64,000 bases of DNA, from positions 2,688,001-2,752,000 of the forward strand of contig OZ245015.1 in the NCBI GenBank assembly GCA_965223705.1, written 5' to 3'. Origin of the DNA: Myxococcota bacterium. GTDB lineage: Bacteria; Myxococcota_A; UBA9160; UBA6930. This document shows, in pieces, positions 18,685 to 27,656 of this stretch (within the stretch, counting starts at the first letter, position 1; each line of letters opens with the position of its first letter). Position numbers and translations under genes: made by a program. Under the pieces are notes generated by a model. It was not told the origin of the DNA and did no database searches. It was given only the letters and a program-made list of their open reading frames with translations.

Positions 18685-19890
18685 GTGTCCGTCCCGACCC
18701 TGGACGAAGTCCTGGCCGCCCCTCCCGGCGTGCGCGGGGCTCGGGTCTTGGTGCGTGCCGACTTGAATGTCCCGCTCGAGGCCGGGCGCGTGTCGGACGA
18801 CACGCGATTGAAGGCGGCGCTGCCGACCCTCCGCAAACTCCTGTCCGCCGGCGCTCGCGTCGTCCTCTGCTCGCACCTGGGTCGTCCGAAGGGTCGCGTC
18901 GTACCCGAGCTGTCGCTCGAGCCGGTGTCGGCGGCCCTCGCGGCGTTGCTCCAGCGGAACGTCGCCTTCTGTCCTGAGAGCAGCGGGCCCACGGCCGAGT
19001 CGGCGGTCGCTTCTCTGGCAGACGGGGAGCTCCTCCTCCTCGAGAACCTGCGGTTCGATCCCGGTGAAGAAGCGAACGATCCCGCATTCGCAGACGCACT
19101 CGCCGCCCTCGCCGACGTCTACATCAACGACGCGTTCGGGACCGCGCATCGCGCTCACGCCTCGACCGCCGGCGTGGCGGTCCGAGTCGCGCGCCGCGGC
19201 GCTGGCGACTGCCTCCGCGGCGAGCTCGCCCACCTGGAAGCGGTGCGAAGCCCGACCCGGCCGCTCCTCTGCCTGCTGGGCGGCGCGAAGGTATCCGACA
19301 AGTTGGCCGTCCTCGAAGCCCTGGCGCCCCATGCCGATGTGCTCGCCGTAGGGGGTGCCATGGCGTACACCTTTCTCCGCGCGCAGGGTCTTCCCACCGG
19401 TGATTCCCTGATCGAGACGGACCGAATCGAGGATGCGGCGCGGGTCCTCGAGGCGGCCGAGCGCAGTGGGAGGACACTGTTGCTCCCAACGGATCACGTG
19501 GTCGTCGAGCGTTTCGAAGCGGACGCGCCGTCGCGGGTTGTGTCGGAAATTCCGGAGGGGATGATCGCGGTGGACATCGGCCCGGAAACCGCCGAGCGCT
19601 ACTCCGCCGAGGCCCGAGCTGCCGCGACGCTCTTCTGGAACGGGCCAATGGGCGTCTTCGAGATGCCGGCATTCGCGAAAGGCACTTTCGCCGTGGCAAA
19701 GGCTGTCGCCGAAGCTCCGGGCCACACGGTTGTCGGCGGGGGAGATTCTCTGGCCGCAGTGAACCGAGCGGGCGTCGCCGAGGCCGTCGATCACTTGTCG
19801 ACCGGCGGCGGGGCGAGCTTGGAATTCGTGCAGGGACTGACACTTCCCGGTGTCGCGGCCCTCGAGGAGGATGCATGCGTCGACCGCTGA
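18685..19890 (+). CDS. pgk: Phosphoglycerate kinase
   Basis: RADLNVP, SHLGRPKG, LENLRF, NDAFGTAHRAHAS, GGAKVSDK, STGGGASLE. Confidence 0.97.
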   Translation: MSVPTLDEVLAAPPGVRGARVLVRADLNVPLEAGRVSDDTRLKAALPTLRKLLSAGARVVLCSHLGRPKGRVVPELSLEPVSAALAALLQRNVAFCPESSGPTAESAVASLADGELLLLENLRFDPGEEANDPAFADALAALADVYINDAFGTAHRAHASTAGVAVRVARRGAGDCLRGELAHLEAVRSPTRPLLCLLGGAKVSDKLAVLEALAPHADVLAVGGAMAYTFLRAQGLPTGDSLIETDRIEDAARVLEAAERSGRTLLLPTDHVVVERFEADAPSRVVSEIPEGMIAVDIGPETAERYSAEARAAATLFWNGPMGVFEMPAFAKGTFAVAKAVAEAPGHTVVGGGDSLAAVNRAGVAEAVDHLSTGGGASLEFVQGLTLPGVAALEEDACVDR

Positions 19891-20630
19891 TGGCGGCCAA
19901 CTGGAAAATGCACAAGTCGGTGGCGGAGTCGCGGGCCTTCGCGCAGGACTTTGTCGGGCGTGTCGAGAACGCGAGCGCCGAGATCGCGATCGCGCCCCCG
20001 TTCACGGCCCTCGCTGCCCTGGGTGAGGCCCTCGCGGGCAGTGCCGTCGCCTTGACCGCGCAGAACACCCATGCGGAAGCGAGCGGAGCGTTCACCGGCG
20101 AGATCTCGCCGGACATGCTGGCCGAGCTCGGCTGTCGCTACGCGATCGTGGGTCACAGCGAGCGGCGAAGCTTGTTCGGCGAAACCGACGCGAGCGTGGC
20201 GGCGAAAGCGACGGCGCTACTCGCGCGGGGAATACGCCCCATCGTGTGTGTCGGCGAGACGCTCGACGTCCGCGATTCCGGTCGCGCCGCCGAAGTCGTC
20301 GCGGCGCAATTGGTGGCGAGCTTGGCGGGTCTTTCCGCGGGCCAGGCCGGCGACGTGGTGGTCGCTTACGAGCCCGTCTGGGCGATCGGAACCGGCAAGA
20401 CAGCAACTCCGGACATCGCCCAGGAGATGCACGCCGGGCTCCGCCAGGCCCTGCGCGGTCCTTTCTCGGCGGGCGCCGATGGGGTCCGGATCCTCTACGG
20501 CGGCTCGGTGAAGCCGGAGAACGCCGGCACGCTGATGGCGGCTGCGGACATCGATGGTGCGCTGGTCGGCGGCGCTAGCCTTGCGCCGGACAGCTTTGCT
20601 GCGATCGTGCATGCTGCTGACGGCGCCTAA
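19875..20630 (+). CDS. tpiA: Triosephosphate isomerase
   Basis: ANWKM, GHSERR, AYEPVWAIGTGK, LYGGSVK, LVGGASL. Confidence 0.98.
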   Translation: MRRPLMAANWKMHKSVAESRAFAQDFVGRVENASAEIAIAPPFTALAALGEALAGSAVALTAQNTHAEASGAFTGEISPDMLAELGCRYAIVGHSERRSLFGETDASVAAKATALLARGIRPIVCVGETLDVRDSGRAAEVVAAQLVASLAGLSAGQAGDVVVAYEPVWAIGTGKTATPDIAQEMHAGLRQALRGPFSAGADGVRILYGGSVKPENAGTLMAAADIDGALVGGASLAPDSFAAIVHAADGA

Positions 20631-20678
20631 ACCCGTCGGCAAGGCTGCGTTGGGAAAGTTCGCAGCGGGGAGAATCGC

Positions 20679-21155
20679 TTGGCTCTGTTCTTGACCGTCC
20701 TTCATGTGGTCGTCTGCATCGTGATCATCGTCGTCGTCCTCCTGCAGCGCGGCAAAGGCGCCGAGGTCGGTGCCGTGTTCGGCGGTGGCGGCAGTGCCAC
20801 CGTCTTCGGGAGTCGCGGAGCGGGGAACTTCCTCACGAAGATCACGACGGGGTCGGCGATCGTCTTCATGTTGACGAGCTTGTCCCTCGCGTATTTCGCC
20901 CGGGAAGATGCGCGCAGCACACTGTTCGAAGACGAAGGCGTGACCACCGAAGAAACGTCGCCCTTCCAAGAAGTGGCCCCGGGTGCCGAGGCGGATCCCG
21001 AAGCCGCCCAAGACGTCTTCGAAGAAATCCCTCAGGCGGTCGAGGACGCGTTCGAGGAAGTGCCCCAAGCGGTGGATGACGCCCTGCAGGAAATCGCCCC
21101 GACCGAAGACGGTGTCGCACCCGATGCGCCAGTACCGGATGAGGGGGCTCCGTAA
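20679..21155 (+). CDS. secG: Preprotein translocase subunit SecG with long acidic C-terminal tail
   Basis: Two TM helices flanking LLQRGKGAEVGAVFGGGGS.TVFG. Conserved tpiA-secG-tRNA-Leu synteny. Confidence 0.93.
   Translation: MALFLTVLHVVVCIVIIVVVLLQRGKGAEVGAVFGGGGSATVFGSRGAGNFLTKITTGSAIVFMLTSLSLAYFAREDARSTLFEDEGVTTEETSPFQEVAPGAEADPEAAQDVFEEIPQAVEDAFEEVPQAVDDALQEIAPTEDGVAPDAPVPDEGAP
21012..21101 (+). repeat. Degenerate 33-bp (11-aa) tandem repeat, ~2.7 copies, in the secG tail
   Basis: DVFEEIPQAVE / DAFEEVPQAVD / DALQEIAP. Units start at 21012, 21045 and 21078. Confidence 0.75.
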
Positions 21156-21199
21156 CCACGCTGGCCGGCCGTCGTAAGGCGGCTACATTGATCGCCGTT

Positions 21200-21287
21200 G
21201 CGGCAGTGGCGGAACTGGTAGACGCACCAGCTTGAGGGGCTGGCGGGCGCATAGCCCGTGGAGGTTCGAATCCTCTCTGCCGCACCA
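21200..21287 (+). tRNA. tRNA-Leu(GAG)
   Basis: Acceptor GCGGCAG/CTGCCGC-A-CCA, D-loop GGAACTGGTAGAC, anticodon arm CCAGC-TTGAGGG-GCTGG, long variable arm, GGTTCGAATCC T-arm. Confidence 0.97.
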
Positions 21288-21356
21288 CCTTCTCCCGTCA
21301 CACCGCCGAAACCCCGAGACGCTCGCTCGGCTATCCTCGAATCGAGGAGGCCTACG

Positions 21357-22613
21357 ATGGAGCGCGTCGCGATCACCGGCATGGGGATCATTTCATCTCT
21401 CGGATCGAGCACGGCCGAGTTCTACCGCCGCGTCATGGCGGGTGAAATCGGTGTCCGCCCCGCGCCGTGGGCCTCCGAATTCGAAGGCCGCAGGATGTGG
21501 TGGTCCGCCGCTCTCGACTTCGACCCCACGGATTGGCTCGATCCGAAGATCATCGCGGGCACCGACATCACCGCGCAGTTCGCGCTGGCCGCGACGCGAC
21601 AGGCGGTCGAAGACGCGGGGATCGATTTCGACAGCGAACGGACCGCCGTCGTACACGGCACGAGCATCGGAGGTGGCCGCGCGATGATGCTTGCCCAGCA
21701 TCAGCTCGAACAGGGCGGCCCGCTCGCAATCGACCCCAAGATGCCGATTCAGATCATGCCGAACATGGCCGCGGCGCAAACGGCGATCGCTTACGACCTG
21801 CACGGGCCGAACATGACCGTGACGACGGCGTGTGCTTCCTCGGCGGACGCGGTCGGCCTGGCCGCGCGCTATATCGAGCGCGGGGAAGCGGACATGGCGA
21901 TCGCCGGAGCGACTGAAGGAGCGCTCAGCCTGCCGGGCGGACGCGCCGACGAGGCGTTCGTACCGGCCCTCTTCTACGGCTACAACGTCTACGGCATGGA
22001 ATCGTTCTCGAGCGATCCCAAGCGCGCGATGATTCCCTTCGACGTCGAGCGCGGCGGCATCGTGATGGGCGAAGGCTCCGGCGTGTTCGTGCTCGAGCGC
22101 GAATCCCGCGCGCGAGACCGCGGCGCCGACATCTATGGATTTCTCGCCGGTTACGCATCGCTCGCCGACGCGAGCCATCCGTCGTCGCCGGAACCGTCGG
22201 GGCGCTGGGAGTCCCGGGTCATGGAGAAAGCCTTGGCCGACGCCGAAATACACCCCCACGAAGTGGACGCCCTGGTCGCCCATGCCACGGGAACGCCGAA
22301 AGGCGACACGGCGGAAATTCAGGCCATCAACCGTGTTCACGCCGTCGGTCGGGAGAAGCCGCTCCCGGTGTCCTCGATCAAAGGCCACGTCGGCCACTCG
22401 GGCGCCGCATCGGGCGCGATGGCGGTGATCGCGGCTCTCAAGGGAATGCGCGACAATCGCTTCTTCCACACGGCGGGCACAGAGAAGGTCGACCCCGAAT
22501 GCAAGTTCGACGTGGTCATTGAAAAACCGCGGGACCTCGCCGTTCACACACTGCAAGTCAACTCGTTCGGGTTCGGCGGGCAGAACGCATCGCTCATCCT
22601 TACGCGAAACTGA
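21357..22613 (+). CDS. Beta-ketoacyl-ACP synthase family protein (FabF-like)
   Basis: RVAITGMG, TACASS (catalytic Cys), AHATGT and KGHVGH (His), NSFGFGGQN. GAGGAGG SD before ATG 21357. Confidence 0.9.
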   Translation: MERVAITGMGIISSLGSSTAEFYRRVMAGEIGVRPAPWASEFEGRRMWWSAALDFDPTDWLDPKIIAGTDITAQFALAATRQAVEDAGIDFDSERTAVVHGTSIGGGRAMMLAQHQLEQGGPLAIDPKMPIQIMPNMAAAQTAIAYDLHGPNMTVTTACASSADAVGLAARYIERGEADMAIAGATEGALSLPGGRADEAFVPALFYGYNVYGMESFSSDPKRAMIPFDVERGGIVMGEGSGVFVLERESRARDRGADIYGFLAGYASLADASHPSSPEPSGRWESRVMEKALADAEIHPHEVDALVAHATGTPKGDTAEIQAINRVHAVGREKPLPVSSIKGHVGHSGAASGAMAVIAALKGMRDNRFFHTAGTEKVDPECKFDVVIEKPRDLAVHTLQVNSFGFGGQNASLILTRN

Positions 22614-22630
22614 GCGACAGAAAGAGACAC

Positions 22631-23581
22631 ATGAGTTCGCGAGAACGATTGCCGGGTACGCCCAAGCCGATGCAGACTTTCGAAGGTGCCGATGGCATCG
22701 AGATTGCCGGAGACGTGTGGGGCCCTCCCGAGGGTCCCTTGGTGCTCCTACAGCACGGGGGCGGCCAGACGCGCCACGCCTGGAAAGGGGCCGGTGAAGC
22801 GCTCGGTAGCGCCGGCTACCGAGCCGTCGCGTTCGACGCTCGCGGCCACGGCGATTCGGGCTGGGACCCTGCGGGCGAATACGGCCAGGACGCGATGGTC
22901 GCGGATCTCGTGCAAGTGATCGCCGCCCACGACGATGCCCGCCCTGTTCTCGTCGGCGCGTCGATGGGCGGAGCCACGAGTCTGGTCGCGATCGGCGAAG
23001 ATCGGGTCGACGCGACCGCCCTGGTGTTGGTGGACATCGCGCCGCAGATCGAAAAGGACGGCGCGAAGCGCATCCTCCAGTTCATGGAACAAAAGCGCGA
23101 AGGCTTCGACAACCTCGAGGAAGTCGCGGACGCGATCGCGAGTTACCAGCCCCATCGGAAGCGGCCGCGCACGCTCGACGGCCTCGCCAAGAACCTCCGC
23201 CTCGGCGAGAACGGGAAGTACCACTGGCACTGGGATCCGAAGTTTCTCGATCGACCCCGCGACATGAGGAAGCGAACCGAACGCCTGCAGGCGTGCGCGA
23301 AGAACCTGTCCCTGCCGACTCAGCTCGTTCGCGGAGGCCTGTCCGATGTCTTGAGCGAAGAAGGCGCCAAGGACTTTCTCACCCTCTGCCCCCATGCCGA
23401 GTATGTCAACGTGACCGACGCTGCCCACATGGTGGCCGGCGACCGAAACGACATTTTCTCAAAGGCGGTCATCGAGTTCCTGGCGCGCAACGTCCCCATC
23501 GACGGCGATCCCGTGCAGAAACCGCACAAGAAAGACCCCCACCACGAGGGCCCGCCCGGCGACCTGAACGACATTCCCTGA
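22631..23581 (+). CDS. Alpha/beta-fold hydrolase
   Basis: HGGGQ oxyanion motif, DARGHGDS, GASMGG nucleophile elbow, AAHMV catalytic His. Confidence 0.9.
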   Translation: MSSRERLPGTPKPMQTFEGADGIEIAGDVWGPPEGPLVLLQHGGGQTRHAWKGAGEALGSAGYRAVAFDARGHGDSGWDPAGEYGQDAMVADLVQVIAAHDDARPVLVGASMGGATSLVAIGEDRVDATALVLVDIAPQIEKDGAKRILQFMEQKREGFDNLEEVADAIASYQPHRKRPRTLDGLAKNLRLGENGKYHWHWDPKFLDRPRDMRKRTERLQACAKNLSLPTQLVRGGLSDVLSEEGAKDFLTLCPHAEYVNVTDAAHMVAGDRNDIFSKAVIEFLARNVPIDGDPVQKPHKKDPHHEGPPGDLNDIP

Positions 23582-23619
23582 GAAGTCGCACCCGGTTCAT
23601 CCGCGGCTGTGCAGACTCC

Positions 23620-24102
23620 CTAGCTCTTCTCGGCGAGGTCTCGGTAGGCGCCCTGGTAGTAGACGAGCGGCTCTTGCTCACTCTGCTCGACCGCTTCGAC
23701 CTGCCCCACATAGACGATGTGGTCGCCGGCGTCGTGGGCTCCGAACACCGTGCAATCGAGCACGGCCGCACAACCGGGCAGGATCGGGGCACCGGTCACC
23801 AGGGTCTTCCAGTCGATCCCCTCGAAGCGGCGATGCTCGTCTTTCTTGGAAGCGAACTTGTTCGAGAGCGCTTGTTGGGCGTCCGACAGAATGTGCGCGG
23901 CATAGAAACCGCTCTTCTCGATGAGCTCGTGTGTGATCGACGCCTTGTCCGCGCAGACCAACACGAGAGGAGGGTCGAGGGAAACACTCGAAAAGGCGGA
24001 TACGGTCATCCCGTGCACTCGAGACTCCTCGGCGGAAGTCACGATGGTTACGCCACTCGCCCAGCGCCCGAGCACGGAACGAAACTGATCACCGTCAATC
24101 AT
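23620..24102 (-). CDS. Flavin reductase family protein (HpaC/RutF-like)
   Basis: FRSVLGRWASGVTIVT, GMTVSAFSSVSLDPPLV, GDH..YVG, PLVY. Alternative GTG start at 24117. Confidence 0.92.
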   Translation of the reverse strand: MIDGDQFRSVLGRWASGVTIVTSAEESRVHGMTVSAFSSVSLDPPLVLVCADKASITHELIEKSGFYAAHILSDAQQALSNKFASKKDEHRRFEGIDWKTLVTGAPILPGCAAVLDCTVFGAHDAGDHIVYVGQVEAVEQSEQEPLVYYQGAYRDLAEKS

Positions 24103-24129
24103 CGAAGGCCCCTTCACGAAAGCGCCGGC

Positions 24130-24158
24130 AGTGTAGTGCGCGGGCCGAACCTAGCCAA
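24130..24158 (-). promoter_or_regulatory. Putative sigma70 promoter TTGGCT-17-TACACT for the flavin reductase
   Basis: Minus-strand -35 at 24158-24153 and -10 at 24135-24130, 17-bp spacer. Confidence 0.5.
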
Positions 24159-24160
24159 AC

Positions 24161-25489
24161 CTACGCTCTGGCTTCGCGCACCTCGGGACCGAGGAAACGC
24201 GGCATGTGCGGACCGAGGATGTCGACGGGTCGCTGTTCGGGGGCCAGCTCTGCACCCAGCGTCAGGAGCAAGCTGAATGAGCGGAACCACATCACTACGC
24301 CCTCGGGCAAATGAAACGTGCGAAGCTGCTTCAGTTCCCGCCGCACCCGATGCAAGTAGTCGCCAAAGTCGAGTCCGGCGAACTCCTTCGGTGTCAGGTT
24401 GTAGTACGCGGGATCGAACATCACGGCGGCCAAGCGTTCCACCGCGTGGCTATCGTCGGGGCCGACGATTCCCGCTTCGCGGAGCGATTCCGCGTAGAGC
24501 TTCGCGTCTCGTCGCAGCGTGGCCCACACGTTGCGACGCAGGCCGTCGCGCACGCTCGGCGTCAAACGCTTGTGCATACCGAAATCGATCACGACGATGC
24601 GACCTTCGGTGTCCATCAGAAAATTTCCCGGATGCGGGTCGCAATGAAAAAAACCGCGATCGAACATCATGAAGAGAAACGCGCGAACGATCCAGAACAC
24701 GATAGGGACGCCTGCCGCCTTGGTTTTCTGAGCGTCGATGTGGGCGCGCAAGGTCGACCCTTCGATGTATTCCATCGTGAGAACCCGCCGCGTCACACGC
24801 GGCCAATAGATTCGCGGAACGCGAATCCGCCCCGACAGCTCGCTGTCCGCGGCGAGATCCGCGGCGATCTCCTCGGCCGCGCGCGCCTCCTGCTCGTAGT
24901 CCATTTCACGCAGCAGAGAGTCTCGAATTTCGCGGTACACCAGCCGCAGATCCGCCACGGTGATGAAGTTGAAGAGCCACAGCCCGACTTTCGCCACGGC
25001 GAGATCGAGACGCACGGTGCGCTCGATGCCCGGATAGAGAACTTTCACCGCGACGTCGTCCCCTTCGGTGAGCCGAGCGCGATGCACCTGCCCGAGGCTC
25101 GCCGCCGCGAGGGGCGAGGGTTGAAACGACTCGAACAACGACGCGAGCGGTTGCCCGAATTCGCGCTCGATCTGCTTCTCGATTTCGCGAACGTCTCGCG
25201 GCTCGACGCGGTCTTGCAGTTGCGACAAGGCTTCGCTCACCGATTCGGGAAAGACGTCGACGCGAAGACTCGCGACCTGGCCCAGTTTGATGAGCGCACC
25301 TTTCTCGCGACTCGCCACGGATACGTAGTGGAGAGCGAATCGCGTAGCGTCCGCTGCGAACGCCTCCGCGGCCTGCTCTTTCGCCCCCCGCCGCTCCCGA
25401 AGGAGTTTCCGCCCGTAGAGGCCGACGGCCCGAGCGAGCAGGCCGGCGAGAAGGATGACCCGCCGGGCCAGCCGAGCGGCGCCCGACAT
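24161..25489 (-). CDS. ABC1/UbiB (AarF) family atypical kinase
   Basis: IKLGQ, LSQLQD, AAASLGQVHRA, VAVKV, FFHCDPHPGN, IDFG. Start assigned at MSGAAR. Confidence 0.92.
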   Translation of the reverse strand: MSGAARLARRVILLAGLLARAVGLYGRKLLRERRGAKEQAAEAFAADATRFALHYVSVASREKGALIKLGQVASLRVDVFPESVSEALSQLQDRVEPRDVREIEKQIEREFGQPLASLFESFQPSPLAAASLGQVHRARLTEGDDVAVKVLYPGIERTVRLDLAVAKVGLWLFNFITVADLRLVYREIRDSLLREMDYEQEARAAEEIAADLAADSELSGRIRVPRIYWPRVTRRVLTMEYIEGSTLRAHIDAQKTKAAGVPIVFWIVRAFLFMMFDRGFFHCDPHPGNFLMDTEGRIVVIDFGMHKRLTPSVRDGLRRNVWATLRRDAKLYAESLREAGIVGPDDSHAVERLAAVMFDPAYYNLTPKEFAGLDFGDYLHRVRRELKQLRTFHLPEGVVMWFRSFSLLLTLGAELAPEQRPVDILGPHMPRFLGPEVREARA

Positions 25490-25529
25490 GAGACTCGAAG
25501 TTTCCCCGCGCGACGCCACGGTGCGGAAG

Positions 25530-26861
25530 CTAACCCGCGCGCGCTGCTGCGACGAGTACGAAGTCGGCGACGTTCGTTCCGGTGGGGCCGGTCCGCAGCA
25601 AACCGCCGGCCGCCTCGAAGAAACCGTGGGAGTCGTGACGCTCGAGATCGCGCCGCGGGTCGCGCCCGCGCTGCCGGGCAATCTCGCACGAGCTCCCGTC
25701 GCTGAACGCGCCGGCGGCGTCGGTGGGTCCGTCGACGCCGTCACTACCCGCTGCGAGGAGCGAAACACCGCGCTCCCCGTCGAGCTCGAGTGCCGCCGCG
25801 AGGGCCAGCTCCTGATTCCGCCCGCCATGACCGCGCTCTGCGGGGTCACCTTCGAGACGAACGGTGGACTCGCCGCCCGCGATCGTGACCTGCCCCCGGG
25901 CGAGGGACCGCCCGACGGCGGCGAAGCGTTTGCCAAGGAGGGCCGCCTCCCCCGAGAAGGCCTGGGACTGGACGGACGCCTCGAGACCCTGGCGTCGCGC
26001 GGCGTCGCGCATCGCCTCGCGTGCCATGCCGTTGCTCGCGACTAAACGGTGCTGCACGTTTCGAAAGCTGGGATGGCCCGGGGGCAACGTTCCAGGCCTC
26101 TCGCCCCGATGACCCGCCTCGAGAAAGGCTCGCGCGCCCGATGGAAACGCGTTCGGTCGCGCGCCGCGCGCGATACAAGCGAGCGCATCCGCGGCGGTCG
26201 TCCGGTCAGGCGCGAAGGGCCCGGAGCCCAGCACCGACCAATCGTCATTCATGACGTCGGAAATCCCCAGGACGAGAATCCCTCCGCCCCTTCGGGCGGC
26301 CGCGAGGCGCCCGCCAGCGCAGGCGAACAGGTGTTTGCGCACGGTGTTCTGCGCCGCGATCTCGAGCCCGCTCGCGAGCAACCACTCTGTCGCGGCCCGC
26401 CCTTCCTCGAGAGCGAGACCCGAGAGCGGTTCCGCAAGGAGCGACGAGGCGCCGCCCGACAGGAGGACCAACAAGAAGTCCTGTCGAGGAACAGCCGCGG
26501 TGAAATCGCGAACCGCCCGACCCGCGCGAGCGCTGGTTTCGTCTGGAACCGGGTGGCTCGATTCTTCGACGACGAGGTCGGGGAACGTTGCCCGTTGCGA
26601 TGCCGGCGAGTCGTGTCGCGGCGTCACCGCGAGGCCGCCTCTCCATTCCGGCAGGTCGGCGAGCGCCGCCATCATCGGCAGGGCGGCCTTCCCGATCGCG
26701 AGCCCGTGGACGCCGGATTCCGGGGGGAGCGCCACGCCCGCGATCTCGGCGCGATCGCCGCGCCGCCGGATTACGCGGGCAACGCAGCGTCGAGGCTCGA
26801 CCGCCGAGAGCCCCTCGGCGAGAAGCCCCTCGAGAACCCGCCGAGACGCGCCGCCGCTCAC
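25530..26861 (-). CDS. Glycerate kinase type 2 (DUF4147/MOFRL, TtuD-like)
   Basis: IGKAA, SHPVPD, LSGGASSL, SDV, GGE.TV, GGRNQE, SDGVDGPTDAAG, TGPTGTNVAD. Confidence 0.92.
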   Translation of the reverse strand: MSGGASRRVLEGLLAEGLSAVEPRRCVARVIRRRGDRAEIAGVALPPESGVHGLAIGKAALPMMAALADLPEWRGGLAVTPRHDSPASQRATFPDLVVEESSHPVPDETSARAGRAVRDFTAAVPRQDFLLVLLSGGASSLLAEPLSGLALEEGRAATEWLLASGLEIAAQNTVRKHLFACAGGRLAAARRGGGILVLGISDVMNDDWSVLGSGPFAPDRTTAADALACIARGARPNAFPSGARAFLEAGHRGERPGTLPPGHPSFRNVQHRLVASNGMAREAMRDAARRQGLEASVQSQAFSGEAALLGKRFAAVGRSLARGQVTIAGGESTVRLEGDPAERGHGGRNQELALAAALELDGERGVSLLAAGSDGVDGPTDAAGAFSDGSSCEIARQRGRDPRRDLERHDSHGFFEAAGGLLRTGPTGTNVADFVLVAAARAG

Positions 26862-27637
26862 GACCCGGCGTCGTCCCCTTTTTGTGGAAGCAACCGGATT
26901 TCGATCCGCCGATTGCGCGCGCGCCCATCGGGCGAGTCGTTGGACGCCACCGGATGGTGTTCGCCGAAGGACACCGCTGTCATGCGGTCCGCGCCGACGC
27001 CTTCGCGCTCGAGTAGCCGGACCACCTCCGACGCCCGTGCGGCGGCGAGTTCCCAGTTGCTCGGGTAGCGCAGCGCGAGGGCTCCGGTGATCGGTACGTT
27101 GTCCGTGTGGCCCTGGACCTCGACGCGGTGTGTGATGTCGGAAAGACGCGCCGCCACGGTGCCGATCACACTGCGCCCCGCCCCGTTCAACCGTGCCGAC
27201 CCCGTGGCGAACAGGATCTCTTGCGACAGGTTCAGGCGCAGTCCTTCACGCAATTGTTCGATCTGGATCTGGCCGGCGGCGACTTCGGATTCGAGGTCCG
27301 ACACCAAGGCGTCGTACGTTCCGGAGAGGTTGTGGATTTCCTGCTCGAGCTCGGCTTCGCGCGCTTTGAGCGTTCCTTCGAGCTCTGAACGCTGCCGGCG
27401 CAAAGCGACGATCCGCTCTTCGAGCGCAGCCCCGGTCTCGCGCAGCTCTTCCGTCTCCTCGATCAGCGCAAGTCGCTCGGCCTGGAGTGCATCCCGCGTC
27501 TTGCCCATCTGGGACAACTCGCGACGCAGCCCGTCGCGCTCTTTCACGACGGCTTCGTGGGTGCCGGCGGTGACGCAAGCCGTGAGCGACACGCCGAGCA
27601 CCCAGGGCGCGACGAACAAAAGAGGCAGCGATCTCAC
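26858..27637 (-). CDS. OmpA/MotB-family peptidoglycan-binding lipoprotein with coiled coil
   Basis: Lipobox SLTAC, long heptad region, ILFATGSA, VQGHTDNVP, NWELAAARA, RNRRIEI. Confidence 0.85.
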   Translation of the reverse strand: MRSLPLLFVAPWVLGVSLTACVTAGTHEAVVKERDGLRRELSQMGKTRDALQAERLALIEETEELRETGAALEERIVALRRQRSELEGTLKAREAELEQEIHNLSGTYDALVSDLESEVAAGQIQIEQLREGLRLNLSQEILFATGSARLNGAGRSVIGTVAARLSDITHRVEVQGHTDNVPITGALALRYPSNWELAAARASEVVRLLEREGVGADRMTAVSFGEHHPVASNDSPDGRARNRRIEIRLLPQKGDDAGS

Positions 27638-27656
27638 AGGGGGACTCCGTTTCGGA

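Noticed and set aside
17377..19794. 805-aa minus-strand ORF
   Set aside because: Antisense shadow of gap/pgk caused by high-GC codon bias, with no recognisable motifs.
21200..24160. Genomic island integrated at tRNA-Leu
   Set aside because: I saw no integrase and no duplicated tRNA 3' end, and composition looks similar to the flanks.
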